A stretch of 64,000 bases of DNA from Phallusia mammillata (taxonomy: Eukaryota): assembly GCA_965637545.1 (NCBI GenBank), contig OZ281496.1, positions 28,272,001 through 28,336,000 of the forward strand, in the 5' to 3' direction. Below are positions 23,517-37,200 of the stretch, in pieces (position 1 is the stretch's first letter; every line of letters starts with the position of its first letter). The notes beneath the pieces were generated by a model. The model saw nothing but the letters and a program-made list of their open reading frames with translations, ran no database searches and was not told the DNA's origin. The translations under genes and the position numbers were made by a program.

Positions 23517-26311
23517 ATGGCTAGCACGGGTTGTCTGTCGGATTCCTATCTCTACTCCACATTCGCATTTGTGGGCAGCATCACACTTTTCGTGGCTTTG
23601 CTTAAGCTCCTAACAGCTCTGAGAAAGTTCTTCCTGCGAGAAGGTCACGATTTAGCAGAGCGTTATGGCAAAGGCACCTGGGCTCTCATTACTGCACCAA
23701 CAACGGCTACTGGAAACGGATTTGCAATTCAACTCGCAAGATTAGGATTTAATTTGGTGCTTGCTGGCAAGGATATTGAAAAACTACACAAGATACGGGA
23801 TGTTCTTATCTTGAGACACGGCATAAAGGTATAATTAAGTTACTTAAGTCCACTAAGGATTGTAACGGTTTAAAAAACGTAAAAGGCGCACATGCTTTAT
23901 TGTTAAGACGTCTCTGAAATGTTCATGTCACCATTATTTATAGCCTATATATTTGTGGGCATTTACTATTTCCGTCTATTTGGGCATAAAATTCCTCATC
24001 AAGACTTGAACAGATGCGTGTATGCCTATAGCGTTCCTGAACGACTAGATATCTTGTGACATTTGGAATCTGTAATCTGAAACGCAAATCAAAAATATAT
24101 AAAAGATATACTTAACCTCAATTAATTTTAACAATTATAGAATAACAAACTAATAAAAGATATAAGCTTAGGTGTGAGATAACCTACTGTGATAAATTGG
24201 GCAAAAATAGCACCAAATAAAGGGTGTGAGAGCACAACAGCATAGTGGCAAAACATGAATATGTTTCTGCAGGTTCGGACGATTGTGGCTGATTTTCGCA
24301 ATGCCATCGACCTCAGTTTTTACACCGACATGCTGGCACAAGTAGAGGACCTTGATATTTCGATTTTGATTCATGCTGCCGGGATGGCCGCTTTGTCCAA
24401 GAAATTTCACCAACAACGCGCTGAACTGAACAAGCAGTAAGTCCAGTTGATTGACGGTGTGTAAACATTGACGTAGCCAATTGGGGCAAAGGATTGTAAA
24501 TGTTTAACAACATAAAGAAAAAACGGGGAAAATAACAACTAAAATATACGTAAAAAGCGACATGCTTTATTATTCAAACGTATTAGCAAATGCCCATGCT
24601 ATAATCAGTGATGTGTATAATAATATATAACATGTCGTTTTTGACGCCTGTTTTGGCCATTATTTTCCTAGAAAACGTTTTTTTGGTTTTGTGATTTACA
24701 TACTTGGTATAGGTCAGTGCAGAGTTGTCGGTAGGCCCTTTATGATTTTGTCTTTACAAGCTCTAAATTTCAGTACAAACGAGGCATAATTTGAAGTCAG
24801 TCACAGTTCAAATCATTTTCATTCAAACTTAAGCCTAAATCCGAATCTGACCCAAACAGCACGACCCGACTTACAACACCCGGCCCATTTTAGGCCAATG
24901 CCCATTTTTAACATTGGACCCAATGGTTCAAGCTTAGATCTGTTTTTATATTTGCACCTTAACATATATTGTTGTATCCACAGGTGTCTGGTTACTAACA
25001 TGTTTGCGCCGGTTCTGCTGAGTCAATATTTGATTCCGCGACTTCAGCACCGGTATCACAAAAGCGCCATTATCATCGTAAGTGGCGAAAACGCCCATCA
25101 ACCGATCCCTGGCATGGCTATCGCGTCCGGCGCCAAAGCGTTTCTGCGGCACTTCGCAGGTAACTTTTTTGCATTGATTTTATTTTGAAACTGTAGTGGC
25201 TTAAACTGACATACAGTGGACATTTCTGTTAACATTTACAATGCTTACAAGCAACAACTTGTTTAACTAAACTGATGCGTATATTGCGTGTAAATTATGA
25301 ATGTCAACTTTACTTCCATAAGGACTAAGTTTATTTACCAAAAAAATGATGCTCCCAAATCCTATCTCTGAACATTTTGCACAACTATTCAGTCACAAAG
25401 CATTAGCACATGTGAAAATGTGTGTGGACGTCAGCATTCCTAAAACTAATTTATACCGGGTATGGATAAAAGGCATTTGTACTAAACAAGCAAACAAAAC
25501 TAAAACTTTAACATGCTAATGCATTATGAACAATTTTAGTCGCGGCATCAGTTGAATATGAAGATAAGATTGACGTCATGGCTGTGCAACCTCTTGGGGT
25601 CAAAAAGCGATCTCCTTTGGACACTGAGCCAGAGAGTATATTCGTAAGCCCTATATTTAACACTATTATGCCAACACTTAACGTTGGCTCATGTTATGTA
25701 AATGTTTCCTTATTAATAAAATCTTCTCGCAAGTAAAGCATAGGCGAGGATTTAAAGTCTTTAACTTATCAATATGGGAAGTTTAATTTCTTGGTTTCCA
25801 TACACAAGGTGTTATAAAAGCGTGATGTATGTGTCTTGTGAAACATTTAAATATACTATTGATTTAACGGCTGATTCGGTATGGCACCTTTAATGGTCCT
25901 GGCGTACTGTGATTTATATATGAGTGTGTCGTGGTCGCTGGCCGACACAGATGCTTCATGGCTGATCCTAGTTAAGAATTTATGTTCATACCACTGATTT
26001 AGCGCTTTTTACTTTGAAATTCCACGCTTATGGTATTTTAGGTTGTGGAATCGCAGCGATTTGCCAAAGCTTGTCTTAAGCAACTGGGGCACGAACGATC
26101 AACGAGCGGTCATTGGATCCATCAACTTCAGTCCTGGGCTTATTCAATTTTTCCTGAAGAGCTTAAGCTAATATTGTGGGTGAAGCTACTTCTGCCTCAA
26201 CATATTAAATCGTTGCAGCAAAACACGTCTGTGGACTCAACAGAAAAAGACAAAACGCCAATGCAGGGCTATTTTAAAGGAATAGCTGAACTGGTTCGGA
26301 AAATGAAATGA
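23517..26311 (+). CDS. HSD17B12/3-ketoacyl-CoA reductase-like SDR, 5 coding exons, with degenerate cofactor and catalytic motifs
   Basis: N-terminal TM, DLAERYGKGTWALIT, LARLGFNLVL, VRTIVADF, DLDISILI, FAKACLKQLG..STSGHWIH. Candidate 5' UTR exon with donor GTAAGC at ~22678 and acceptor at ~23498. Confidence 0.85.
25868..25907 (+). repeat. Fragment of the SINE tail seen at 46473-46512
   Basis: CGG(C/T)TGATTCGGTATGGC..CTT.AAT.G.CC.GCGTA shared between the two sites. Confidence 0.55.
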
Positions 26312-26793
26312 TGCAGACTCCGAGCTGTTTGCTGCTAAATCATTTTTATTGTAAACAAACGTTAAAACTGAAGAAATTACTGAATGATTTGTTGAAGTGG
26401 CTCAATGAAAAAAATGTTTGTTCTTTACAGTTTTGGCTCGATCAAAGGTTTGCTCGTAAGGCTTTTAGAGTAACAAATTTTGAGCACCACATGTTTAGGC
26501 TATGCAGCGAGTGCACTATAAGAAAGAAAAGTTTCGAAGAGAAAGAGGCCTGAGACATTTAATTGTAATACTGTTTAAAACCCCAAGTATTCAAGTCAGC
26601 TTTTTTGTTGTATAAAGTAAGTAAAAAACATTTCACCAGCCCACATTGCAAGCAACACTTAATGGCACACAAAACGATTTTTTTTAAAAAAAAGGTTGAG
26701 TAACGGGAAAGATCTTGTCTTATCTTTCAGCTTAAGTCCAACAAATTAATGTCGTTTTTTAAGTATTTTTCCTTTTCGTGTATCTTTCCAAAA

Positions 26794-29700
26794 TCAACGT
26801 TTAACTATAGGCCTATTGGCTTCATCATCAATATTATCCATTTCAATTGTGTTTTTCTGGATTCCGTTTCGCTTCGCAAACATAAGACTGATGTCTTGGA
26901 ATGTTTCGTTCTTCGTCTCCGGCAGAACAATCATGACGTAAGCCGTGGCGATGACGCAAATCACCAGGAAAAAGACGAACACATAAGAACCCATAGCTTT
27001 CTGAAATCAAAAATTATAACAATTGAGGTAAACGAAGCCATGGACTGCAGACAAATAAATGAATAAAATTTTTTCATCTTTTTTGCCCTTTTGCCGTTTT
27101 ATGACCTCGCGTGGGTTTCTTTTATTAGTTGAAAATGAATGTGCCGAAACGTCAAAATACTTTACTTATAAATATTGGCTGGTCTGTCATTTTCACAACC
27201 AATGCAATATATAAAATGGTGACTACCAAAGTTTACAAGAAAACCAACCTGCATAAAGGGGAAAACAAGAGCCAAAATGAAATTGCTTGTCCAGTTTACT
27301 CCACAACCAATGGCAGAAGCCGCTGGTCTTCCGGATTGCCTGAATAATTCCGCTGTTAAAATCCAAGGGACTGGACCTAAAAAATAGAAATATGTTTATC
27401 ATATTTGCTTGCGTGGGGTTTGGCTACCCACTAGATCGCCTTATTGACCCGTATTTGTGTCGATTTTGAGACAAAGAATAAATGTTAACACATATAATTA
27501 GGAAGCGTTTATTTTACTTAGGCAGTAGATACCACCTATAACTAAAGTGTGCGCTGACTCTATAGCAAATACGGTTTTGTTTAATTTTCTTCCTTTTACT
27601 TTATCTTATCAATCTTCATATTGTACATTGGTTACATATGTGCTTTTGTAAAACTTGTTATGCACCGGATTCGCCCGACAAAGCTTGATCCGAAATATAA
27701 ATAGTCCACACTTTCAACTTACCAGGGCCAATTGCAAAACCAACGATAAATCCGATCACACATGCAATGCTCATGTTGGACATCCAAGAAATCTGATCCT
27801 GCAGCGTCAAGGAAACCGTCATTAATGCACAAAAGACGCCAGAGATCGCATAACCGCCAGCTAAAAGAGCCTTTCTACCAGCACGATCCATAAGCAAAAC
27901 CTAAGCATAGAGTCAACATGTTAGCTGTTGACGTTTAGAGTTATGCTGTTTAAATTTGTGTAAATATGATACTACATGGATCGAATCATGTAAAACAACT
28001 ATTTTTTTTCTAACGCTCTTAGAACAGATGGGTAAAGTTTCGTAAGACGTTTTTGCATACATGTTTCTTTTCTGATATACGAATGTCTACTGAGATGACG
28101 CAATTATCAACCAAGCAAAAATTTTTAATTTGCCAGGGTCGGCAACCTTTTTTGCACTGCGGACCGGTCTTCAAAAAACTACAACTTTTTCGCAATGAAA
28201 ACGCTTAATTTAGTTTATCATCCTCGGGATACATAGGCAAATTGTTTCATAGCATTTATCCTGACAAATTATACGGCCCGCTAACGAACTTCTCGCGGAC
28301 CGTTACCGGGCCGCGAACCGGCGGTTGCCAACCACTGACTTAGGGCATTTAAGCATTCTCGTGGTATTTTTTGCTTGCTATTGCGGCTATGAACCAAAAC
28401 ACTATGTTTTTTTACCGATACAATTGTCATCAATGTGTTGACAGATCCAACCCCAACTGAAGCATAATTTCTTGTTTCCTCTGGAACACCGGCTGCCTCA
28501 AATATCGTATTCAGGTAGAAGAATATCTGAACGTTAACACAGTCAAATTATTAAAATTTACAAGCACAATTTTTTAAAAAACTTTGCCAATTTAAACATA
28601 TTGCGAGCACGCCTATAATACAACCACTGCAATTTTTCTTGTAACAAATACATGTTTTTAAAGCAATGTTTTGACTTTTCATCCCCATCAGGTAATCTCA
28701 TTACAGGGTCAACAAACATAGGAGAATATGCATGTTTATTAGAATCTATTTTATCATATTTAAATAAATAAACCTACTGCGTTTATTCCACAAAGCTGTT
28801 GTGTAATTTGCAGCACAACAATGGAAATAAGTTGCCATCTAACATAACGATCCCTTATCAGTTCCATGACTGACAGTTGTCTTGTTGCCGTTTCTGCGGC
28901 GGCTTCGGCTTTCATCTCCTGGATTTCAGCCGCAACGTTGTTGGTGCCCCGAAACCTAATTAAAGCTGCCATACAAAAAATTAATTTTAAAGTTAACAAC
29001 AAAAACTATTTGTCAGTAAGTCTATACGCCAGACTTCGTATTAAAGGTACCCAGTGGTGGGATTCTAATTTTTTGTCAACCGCTCTATCACAAAAGTCAC
29101 AATTTTTCAGTTGGTTCTGTTACAAAAAGTCCATTGACAGTAACCAGTAATGCTAACCGGTTCGCTGATCTCATAATATTTCGCGAGACGGATCTGTAGA
29201 ACCGGTGCGAATCGGCTGAATCCCACCACTGCGTGTACCCAAAGCAACGTGCTTATAACAAGTAAGTTTAGGGCCATAAACAGGTGCCTTTATCTGATTG
29301 TTCTACATGACTTGAATAAAGTCGTTTGTATTTTCGTTTAGCATAATAAAGTTACATATTTTCAACCGAAGCTTGTCTTGTACTAACCGGCTCTGGCCTT
29401 TCCCTGGTCGTTCTTGTCAATAAGCAAGCATCTTGGACTTTCAGGAATAAACGGTAAAACACAAAGTTGTGTAATGGATGGAACTGCGGTAAAAGCGAGA
29501 AGCAAAGGCCACAATTCCTCAGTTCCCATAGCTTCGTTCAAACTAAGCAACTGGGCTGTCAAAATGCCTAGAAATATAATTGTTTTTAATTTATCTCATA
29601 TGATATCTATAGGTCTTTGAATCTTTTTGGGGTAAATGTTAGGCGTAACCAATATATTAAATTTTCAAGGTAATTTGCATGTGAATTACCTTCAGTTATA

Positions 29701-32700
29701 AGTATCACCTACTACGGTAAAAAACAATAAAATGTTGCCAATTGTATTGACTGTAATTAAATATATTTTTATTTTGGTGTCAGTGCATGCTTGCTATACG
29801 GCTTACCAACAGTAATGAACAACTGACTGACAACTCCAATAGCACCACGAATCTTTTTTGGAGAAATCTCCCCGTTGTAAAGTGGCACAACACCGGTTGC
29901 CAGCCCTGTGTAAAAACAATGCTGTAAAATTTATGAAAAAAACGCTCCCCATTTAATAAAAATAAATTGAGAAATATGTGAACAATGGGCGATTGTTATC
30001 TTCAATCGGACGTTTTTGGTTAAAAACTAGCATGCTTTAATGGCGGCTTTTTTGAAATAACTATAAAATAGCATCATTTGTGTGTATTTCATGTAACAAA
30101 AGCATCGAATACGATAGGTTGGTAACGTGCTTTACCTTCCTGTGTTGCAAATAATTAAGTAAAGCGCAAAGTATGTTTTTTATACCAGTTTAAAATGGTT
30201 TTAGTTTAGGAACAGATATAAAAAGGACAGCATGTATGCTAGGTCTAGCTGTTTAAATGTTTTGCTAAAATGTTGTAATATTGCACTGCTAGGCCACCTG
30301 GAGTTTTACACTTATTTTTTTACTTTGAATGCCCGCTGCTCGTTTAATGTTACTTGCGCATACTGGTTTAGGTAGTGCTGAAAGCTGACAAAAATGACTT
30401 ACCGGCAAAAATACCTAGCAAAAATCGAGCAATTATAACCATCTCAAGGGAATTGGCGGCCTTGCTTGTGCCTTCAAGAATAGCTGCAGTGATGGAAAGT
30501 GCATTCGCTGCTAACATTGCCCCCTTTCTGCAAACAAATGATAAACCTTGGACCCATTACACTTGACAAAGTCTGGGCTAATCTGGTGTCTCACACATGT
30601 TAAATTAGCCTAGTATTGCATTTTTTGGCATTAAAATATGTTACTTGCCGTTTAGGTATAAAGTGAACAAGATCGTGCTAGTCCCAGTAGCCCTCAAAAT
30701 CATAACTATGAAAGCAAAAGCACTTGTGGCAGGATATTACTACTGCAACTAAATATTTGGCCTATATAAACTGCACAAGCAAGTATTGTCGAGTGCATCA
30801 TTCAGGTTGTGTTTTCAATGACGTTCTCTACTGCTACAACACCTTAATTTCAACAATGCGTTGCAGGCACAAAACGTTTCGGGCGTATTGTAGATTACCT
30901 GCCCAGGTACTTGATACAAACGCCTGTAAGGTAGGAACCAACCATTCCACCGACTGTGTATATGGAGACAGTAAATGACCACATGAACAGTTGCGAAGTA
31001 GTCAATTCGGAACTTTCCACTGAACTTGTCGCGTTAGCTGTGCCAGGAGTAGTTTCAATGGCATTTAAAGACGAGTTCTGCAGTAAAAAAAGTGATGTTG
31101 TTTCAGCAGGACAAATGTAAGTGTAAAAAGTTTTACGTTTAGCTGAGATGTGGGCACTTTCGGACTGTTGTTAGTGCTTATATGTGCAGCCAGGGTTTTT
31201 TAAGGTTTGGTTTGGGTGACCGCTAAGTACTTTTAAGAGACCACAAGTGTTTCATTTAAATACCAAAAAATAGCCATATTTGCTTAAATAGCCATTTTGG
31301 GAAACCGCTGGAGAAATTTCAAAACACCTTAAAAAACACTGTGTGCAGCCATAACCTGAACAGGCATATAATAGTTTTTTTCTAATTGTTACATCTTATT
31401 TGCCAGTAATTGCCGATTTCTATTGATTCCCGCTTTTCCTCACTACAACTGGTGTTGTAATCTATTGTGTTGTGTGACGTAATAATCGACTGCCAGTTTT
31501 GTGTGATAACGCAATGTGGTTTAGTTCTTTTCGTTGCTGACTTCCGTGGAGCAAGGTGCTGCGTTGGTTGTATTGACGATTATATTGATAAGTCATTTGT
31601 ATGTATGTGTTTAATGACTCCAAAATGTGTATTACTATAATGACCGCGAACTTAACTGCAATGACCTGAAATGTCGTTTCGCTTTGTAATAGTTCTACTG
31701 TACGTGTTCAAGTTGCTTAAGTTGTATTTGTTCACCCGGCGTTGTTGTACAAAACTCACGTGAAGCGTGAACTGTCGCTCTACATAGCTTGATAGGCATC
31801 GTGTGTGACGGCATATTGGCATACTGTGGTCTCATGCTGTATTGTGTATATGTACAGTGCACATACTTGTGTTGTTTTTTTGCAGGATTTTTTTAATCAT
31901 AAAACTGTAACCGTTACCTGTGGCTGTGTCGGTACACTGGTCGTTGTGTTTGACGTGTTGTTGGATTGCAATTCGACTTCGACAGACGACATACCCGTTC
32001 CGAAGAAAAACGATTGCATCAGCTGTGGATGAGAACGGCAAGGTGGTATGCTTAGCGCTATCGATGCAAAGTTGTGAACCATGTTTATTGAAAGCCTGCA
32101 TGAACGCTTTTTAAAACATTAAATGTCCTGTCAGCCTACCATAATTTGACGATGAACTCGGCAAATAAAAATCTGACCTATGCTTTGGTGCTATGCATAG
32201 TGCTTTCTTAAATAATTTGTGTAATAGCTTGCGAAGTATACTTTTGATCGTGGTCAAAAACACTATGTTGTACTTACAGGAGCTGGTGCATTCATCACTG
32301 CTATGTTGTATCCATATTGAAAACTGCTTCCAAAAACTGATATAAAAACAGCAACCACGAGAATCAAGGTCAGTTTCCCATCCTTTAAAAATCATAACTG
32401 CGTAAAACCTCAATATCTTTGGCACAGAGAGTAAAGTCAGCCATATTTCTTGGCTATTTCATATTTGCACGTATTAGTTACAGAATTAGGGTTTATGATA
32501 GGCAACTTCTGGGAAGTTGCCACAAAATGGAGGAATTTCCTTTCACAGTGTTACGCATCGTTTAGGAATGATGTTGTGCTGATAACTAGTATATGCGTAC
32601 AGCTTGTAAGCTGTTTTGAATACCCTTGCGGTGGGTCACCTTGAGATCAAGGACACAGTAGAGAGTTTTGAACCTTTTAATTCCTTTTTATGTTTGTAGT

Positions 32701-32996
32701 TACCATAGGCCACAATAACAGTAACAGAAAAATATCACAAAAAATGACAGTATGTCAGGAAACTAAAGGTTTCAAACAATAGGGTTTGAGAGGATTAAAA
32801 CGTTGTACCAGCACTTTATGCAAGCAAGTTTTCCTATGTTTCGACTTAATGCAGTTTAATCGGCTCACAAAAAGTTCACTTGTTATTTATTATAAATTTT
32901 AAGTACAAAACATTTTGTAAACTGTAACATCCCCATAGACGATTTATGGTTATGCTATATACAAGTTACCTCTTGATCTTGTTTTACACCTGTCAT
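26794..32996 (-). CDS. Facilitated hexose transporter, class II GLUT (SLC2A5/7/9/11-like), 12 coding exons
   Basis: MTGVKQDQE|DGKLTLILVVAVFISVFGSSFQYGYNIAVMNAP, YNGEISPKKIRG, PESPR, QQLCGINA, MDRAGRK, GPGPVPWILTAELF and LPETKN sugar-porter signatures. Confidence 0.93.
28134..28337. mobile_element. hAT (Charlie/MER-like) MITE family C (copy 1), GLUT intron
   Basis: CAGGGTCGGCAACC ... GGTTGCCAACCACTG; inverted homologue at 50406-50629; TSD not retained. Confidence 0.85.
29052..29231. mobile_element. hAT MITE family A (copy 2), GLUT intron
   Basis: TIR CAGTGGTGGGATTC on both ends; partial TSD AAGGTACC/CGTGTACC; homologous to 16422-16579. Confidence 0.85.
31191..31341. mobile_element. hAT MITE family B (copy 2), GLUT intron
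   Basis: Perfect TSD TGTGCAGC; reverse complement of the 17946-18111 element. Confidence 0.9.
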
Positions 32997-34216
32997 GCCG
33001 GACTGTCAACCAGTGTTGTGGCACTTAACTTAAAAGCAAAGACTTTGTTCGCTCGGCTCTGAAAACCATCCAGAACTTGTTAAACTGATGCAAGAGATAT
33101 ATAACCCACAACATCCTGTTGCTCGTGTACTATTCATTGTAAGCTCATCTCTGCCACGTGGTTTTACAGTCACTAAGTTGTTAGCCGAATTATCAAATAG
33201 TTGTAACCTTTGCTTAACCTTTTATTGTTAGCTAATTTGCATTAAGCTAAACTGTTTCTTGAACCTGTAATGCCGGTTTCCATTTTCGTCATAAGCATGC
33301 TTGCACCAAAATTTGCTATAATTACGTACTGCTACACTGTTAGCTGTTGAGGCCGTTTAATCATTAACAGAAAACTAACTTGTTTGTCGGACTCGGAATG
33401 GGGTTGCTAACAACTTCTTCCCTTTCTTATGTCCGTTATTAAAACAATCTCATTTCAACAGACCGTTGGAATGTTTTGTTTTCTGTTTTTGTTTTAAATC
33501 ATTTAGTTTTTGCAAACCGATGCAGTGTAGAGAATGAGCAGAAACCCAAACTGTTTCGCAACAATTTCGCAACAGCAAACAAGTGTTTCATTTATTGGTT
33601 TGGGGGACACCGGTGACATTGCGAAAAAAACTTGAACTTTGATACTTAGCACAAAATTTGTTAGATTTTCTTCAAAGCATGGGTATAATCAATAACCTAT
33701 GTAGCCTTGTCAAACAAACATAGGTTAAACATATCGAATACATGGATACAATAAGTTTTGGAATATAAATTTGTGTTTTTTGCACGACAAACTTTCTTGA
33801 GGTAGAAAACGACCCCAAGCACGACAGAAAAAAGTGTCCACTTTTCGCAAAACAGTAAGTCGATTTTAGACTACAAGCAAGCGATCCTTCAAGCCACATT
33901 TATTTAGTGCAATCCATTGTCGCCCAATGCACGCATGTCAGAGTACAGGGCGATTGACTCGAGTACACAATGGCGGTAAACACTAGTCGTATTACAGACG
34001 GTTTATCAGACGCTTAGTTGTTCGGCATATAATCGCACAAGCGCATACAAACAAAACAGTGAATAGAAAAGAAAGCCTAGTGAAAAGTAAATGCACCTTG
34101 AATAGTTTACGGATAAAAACTCAGTTTGGTCCACCAGGGATAAAGTTTTTTTTTTCCCAGGCGTTGGGCCGCCATCTTCATTATTTTGAGAAGTTGATTG
34201 GCCTTTGCTTCTCACT

Positions 34217-37200
34217 TTACGCTGTGCAGTTTTCCTTCTTGTTCATGCTCCCTTTAACTGGGTAGACTTTGGAGTGTCGTGGCCAAACGCAGTTTGAAAA
34301 CTTTTTCATCACTCTGTTTAAAAATCGACGTTTAACCGATAAATTTGTTTAATGGTTTACATAACTTTTATTCAGTTATTGTAACACAATATGGTGAGCA
34401 ACGGCAACGAGAGTGGTATATACAAAATATATTACACCATGCTTAGAATTTTCGCGAACAAAAGCCAAAATTCCCATTCTTAACGTACGTTTTTTCATTT
34501 TTGACTTCATACTGTTATTTTAGTGCAAATTGTGAACAACGGTAACAGCACTGCCATCATATTATACATCGGGTTTAGCATATTGGCAAAACTGAGTAGG
34601 AATTGTAGTAATTTTCATATCAAAAGTAGTAATGTACACAAGTAAATCGCTTGCCTGGTATATTCTTTTCTGAATTGTACATTCATTGCGGCGTACACGA
34701 TAGGGTTGATCATCGATGTTAACCAGCCAAGGTTTGATGCAGCCATAAAAAATTCCGGCTCAATAAAGTTGTAATTACCGACAAGATTTAATATTAAGCT
34801 GAATAAATAAGAAACACAATTAGTTTGAACACCGTTTGTCATTTTGTATGAAGCGTTTCGAAACACGATGGTTTAAATTAGGCTGTAAATATAGGGAACC
34901 TTTTCTTATGTATTTAGCATAAAGCGTTTTGAAACAAGCTGTATTTAGCGATGAGGCAAAGTTTTACCTTGGTAGCGCGCAGAAGGCAAATGTGGCGCAT
35001 ATGACAGTGCTCATGTAAAGGAGTTGGCGTTGTGCTTTGGCGTGGTGAACGGACGTCCGTCTTACAATTGTCTGCAAGTTGTACAATTATTTTAATGTTG
35101 TCTTGCTCTTTCGACAAGCCTTGTACCATTTTGTTATTATGTATTAATCGTTCAGTAATCTTAACTATGTTTTTTACTACCGTTATATACCAGTTTAAAC
35201 ATACATTGTACCTGTATCTTATTTAAAGTTTATTATTGTACACAGACATCAACAAACTCAAGACATCTCAATACAACTCCACATTGATGCCATGCAAGCA
35301 TCGCTGCAGTCATATTAAACTAGTAAGTCGGGTTATAAGATTACCTCTTTGCTTTTCACGTTTGAAATTGCGGAGTTAATTCTTTGTCTCATCCGATTCG
35401 GTGTGAGTGAATTCAGCGACGCAGAGAGTGTTCTAAAAATAATACATTAGCGCCGCTCAAAACAGCAACAGTCAAATTTGGTCACAAGCATTTCAGTACC
35501 TTTTAAGAGAACGTGGTGCGTAAGACGACGACCTTTTTAGGTTTGTGACGCTCTCTTGTGGCGGCTTCAACGTTTTTAATGTTAGGGAACGAGGGCGCTG
35601 AAGACCGATGTGCGTTTTTGAATCGTCCGTGTTACTCTTATCCTCAAGCACATGATTGTTTGATTTATTCTTTGTGCATTCAAAGTTTGAGAATGTTACA
35701 GATCTAGTTTTTATGCTGTTTGGTTGTTTTGTCGAAGTTGTGCCGACTTCTGTAGATTTTTCTTCTATTAAATCCCCAGTTGTAGCTGCTCGACATATCT
35801 TCGCATGTTTTATCGAAACAGATTGGTGCCTCAGGATAGAGGTCTTGTTTTGACTGCTGCTGTCCGTAGGCGATGCTTTTTTCAACACATCGGTACCAGT
35901 AATGTTTTCAAAACACGTTGTTGAGACTATTGGCTCCATAGCATTGGGCTGGTTGGAGTACTGTCTCCAAATCCGCCTTTGTTCAGGAGTCTGTATTGGT
36001 GTTTTATTTACTGTTGTGGGTGTGGTTGGGGAATAGCTTAGACGCAATTGGTAGCCTGGACTTCGTTCACAGGCTCGACGCCCGGGAGAGGAGATACCAG
36101 CACTCTTCGTAATCTCATTGCTTTGACTTGCGCTATCATTGCTCTCAGCTGAAAATCAGTAAGACATTTTTACACCACGGTTGCCGGTAAAAATGCGGAA
36201 ATACATGTGTATTTGCTTTGCGTGATGCTGAACAATTGCGTTGGTATAAATTATACAACACAAAAACCTGCTGAATTTTAGTGCGTAGGTTAATGTTGGG
36301 AGCCCACATATCACGTCACACAGGTTCGAATGTTACCGGAATTGTAAACAGAACGTCAAAATAACAATCTTTACTCATCGATGCAAGTTAAATTGAACCA
36401 TAGTTAATCCTTATTCGGGTACATTTATGAACCAAACTCCTGGTTTAGGTTTTAAACTTTATTTTGGACAAAACCAACGGTTACGAAGTTAAATTGCCAA
36501 AATGCCCCTTACACATGATGACGACACTGTATTTAGGTTTTGTGACAGTTTGTTCAAGTATTACATTGATTTTTTTCTACAACTGCAGTACCGAAGAGTC
36601 AAGTAATATGGCTTTCCTAAAAGTTCTTTTATAAAGCTTATTGGTTTTGGCTGATCAAAAACCTTGTACTGATCGTGACAGAAGCGATTAAACATCTCCA
36701 ATAGAGTATATTCACTTTGTGCAAATTATCTGGCAAATTTGTTCTTAAACCAACTTTTCAAATCCGTATCAATTATTTCAAGTATCAGTGCGTCTAAAAC
36801 GTCTGAAACCGTTTTGACCAGTAAGACATCCATTTTACTGTTTAACAACATGCACAAAACCTTTTGCTTCACCTTGCGATTTTCTGTTGTCAATGTTGGC
36901 ATGACTTCGCTTCACTGTGTGGAATATTAAACCGTAAAGCACCACCATTCCGAATAAGGGAACAAACTGGAACAAAACTCGCATCACGAGAGAGTAGGTG
37001 TCTGCGAATCCCGGGCTTCTGATAATACAGATTTGCATGTGTGAACAAGTACCCTAGATATGTGGTTTCAAACATAGATTTTGATCACACCCCTGGGATT
37101 CACCGTATATCGAGGGTTAGACCAAAGCTCTTAAAAATAGCTTCTACTTTTTACGTGGTACTTTCTGCAACATAAACAGAAATGCGTTCAACGAAGCTAC

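Noticed and set aside
31832-32101. 89-aa ORF as the GLUT loop exon
   Set aside because: Wrong frame; the LMQSFF frame has a good acceptor, the correct phase and GLUT similarity.
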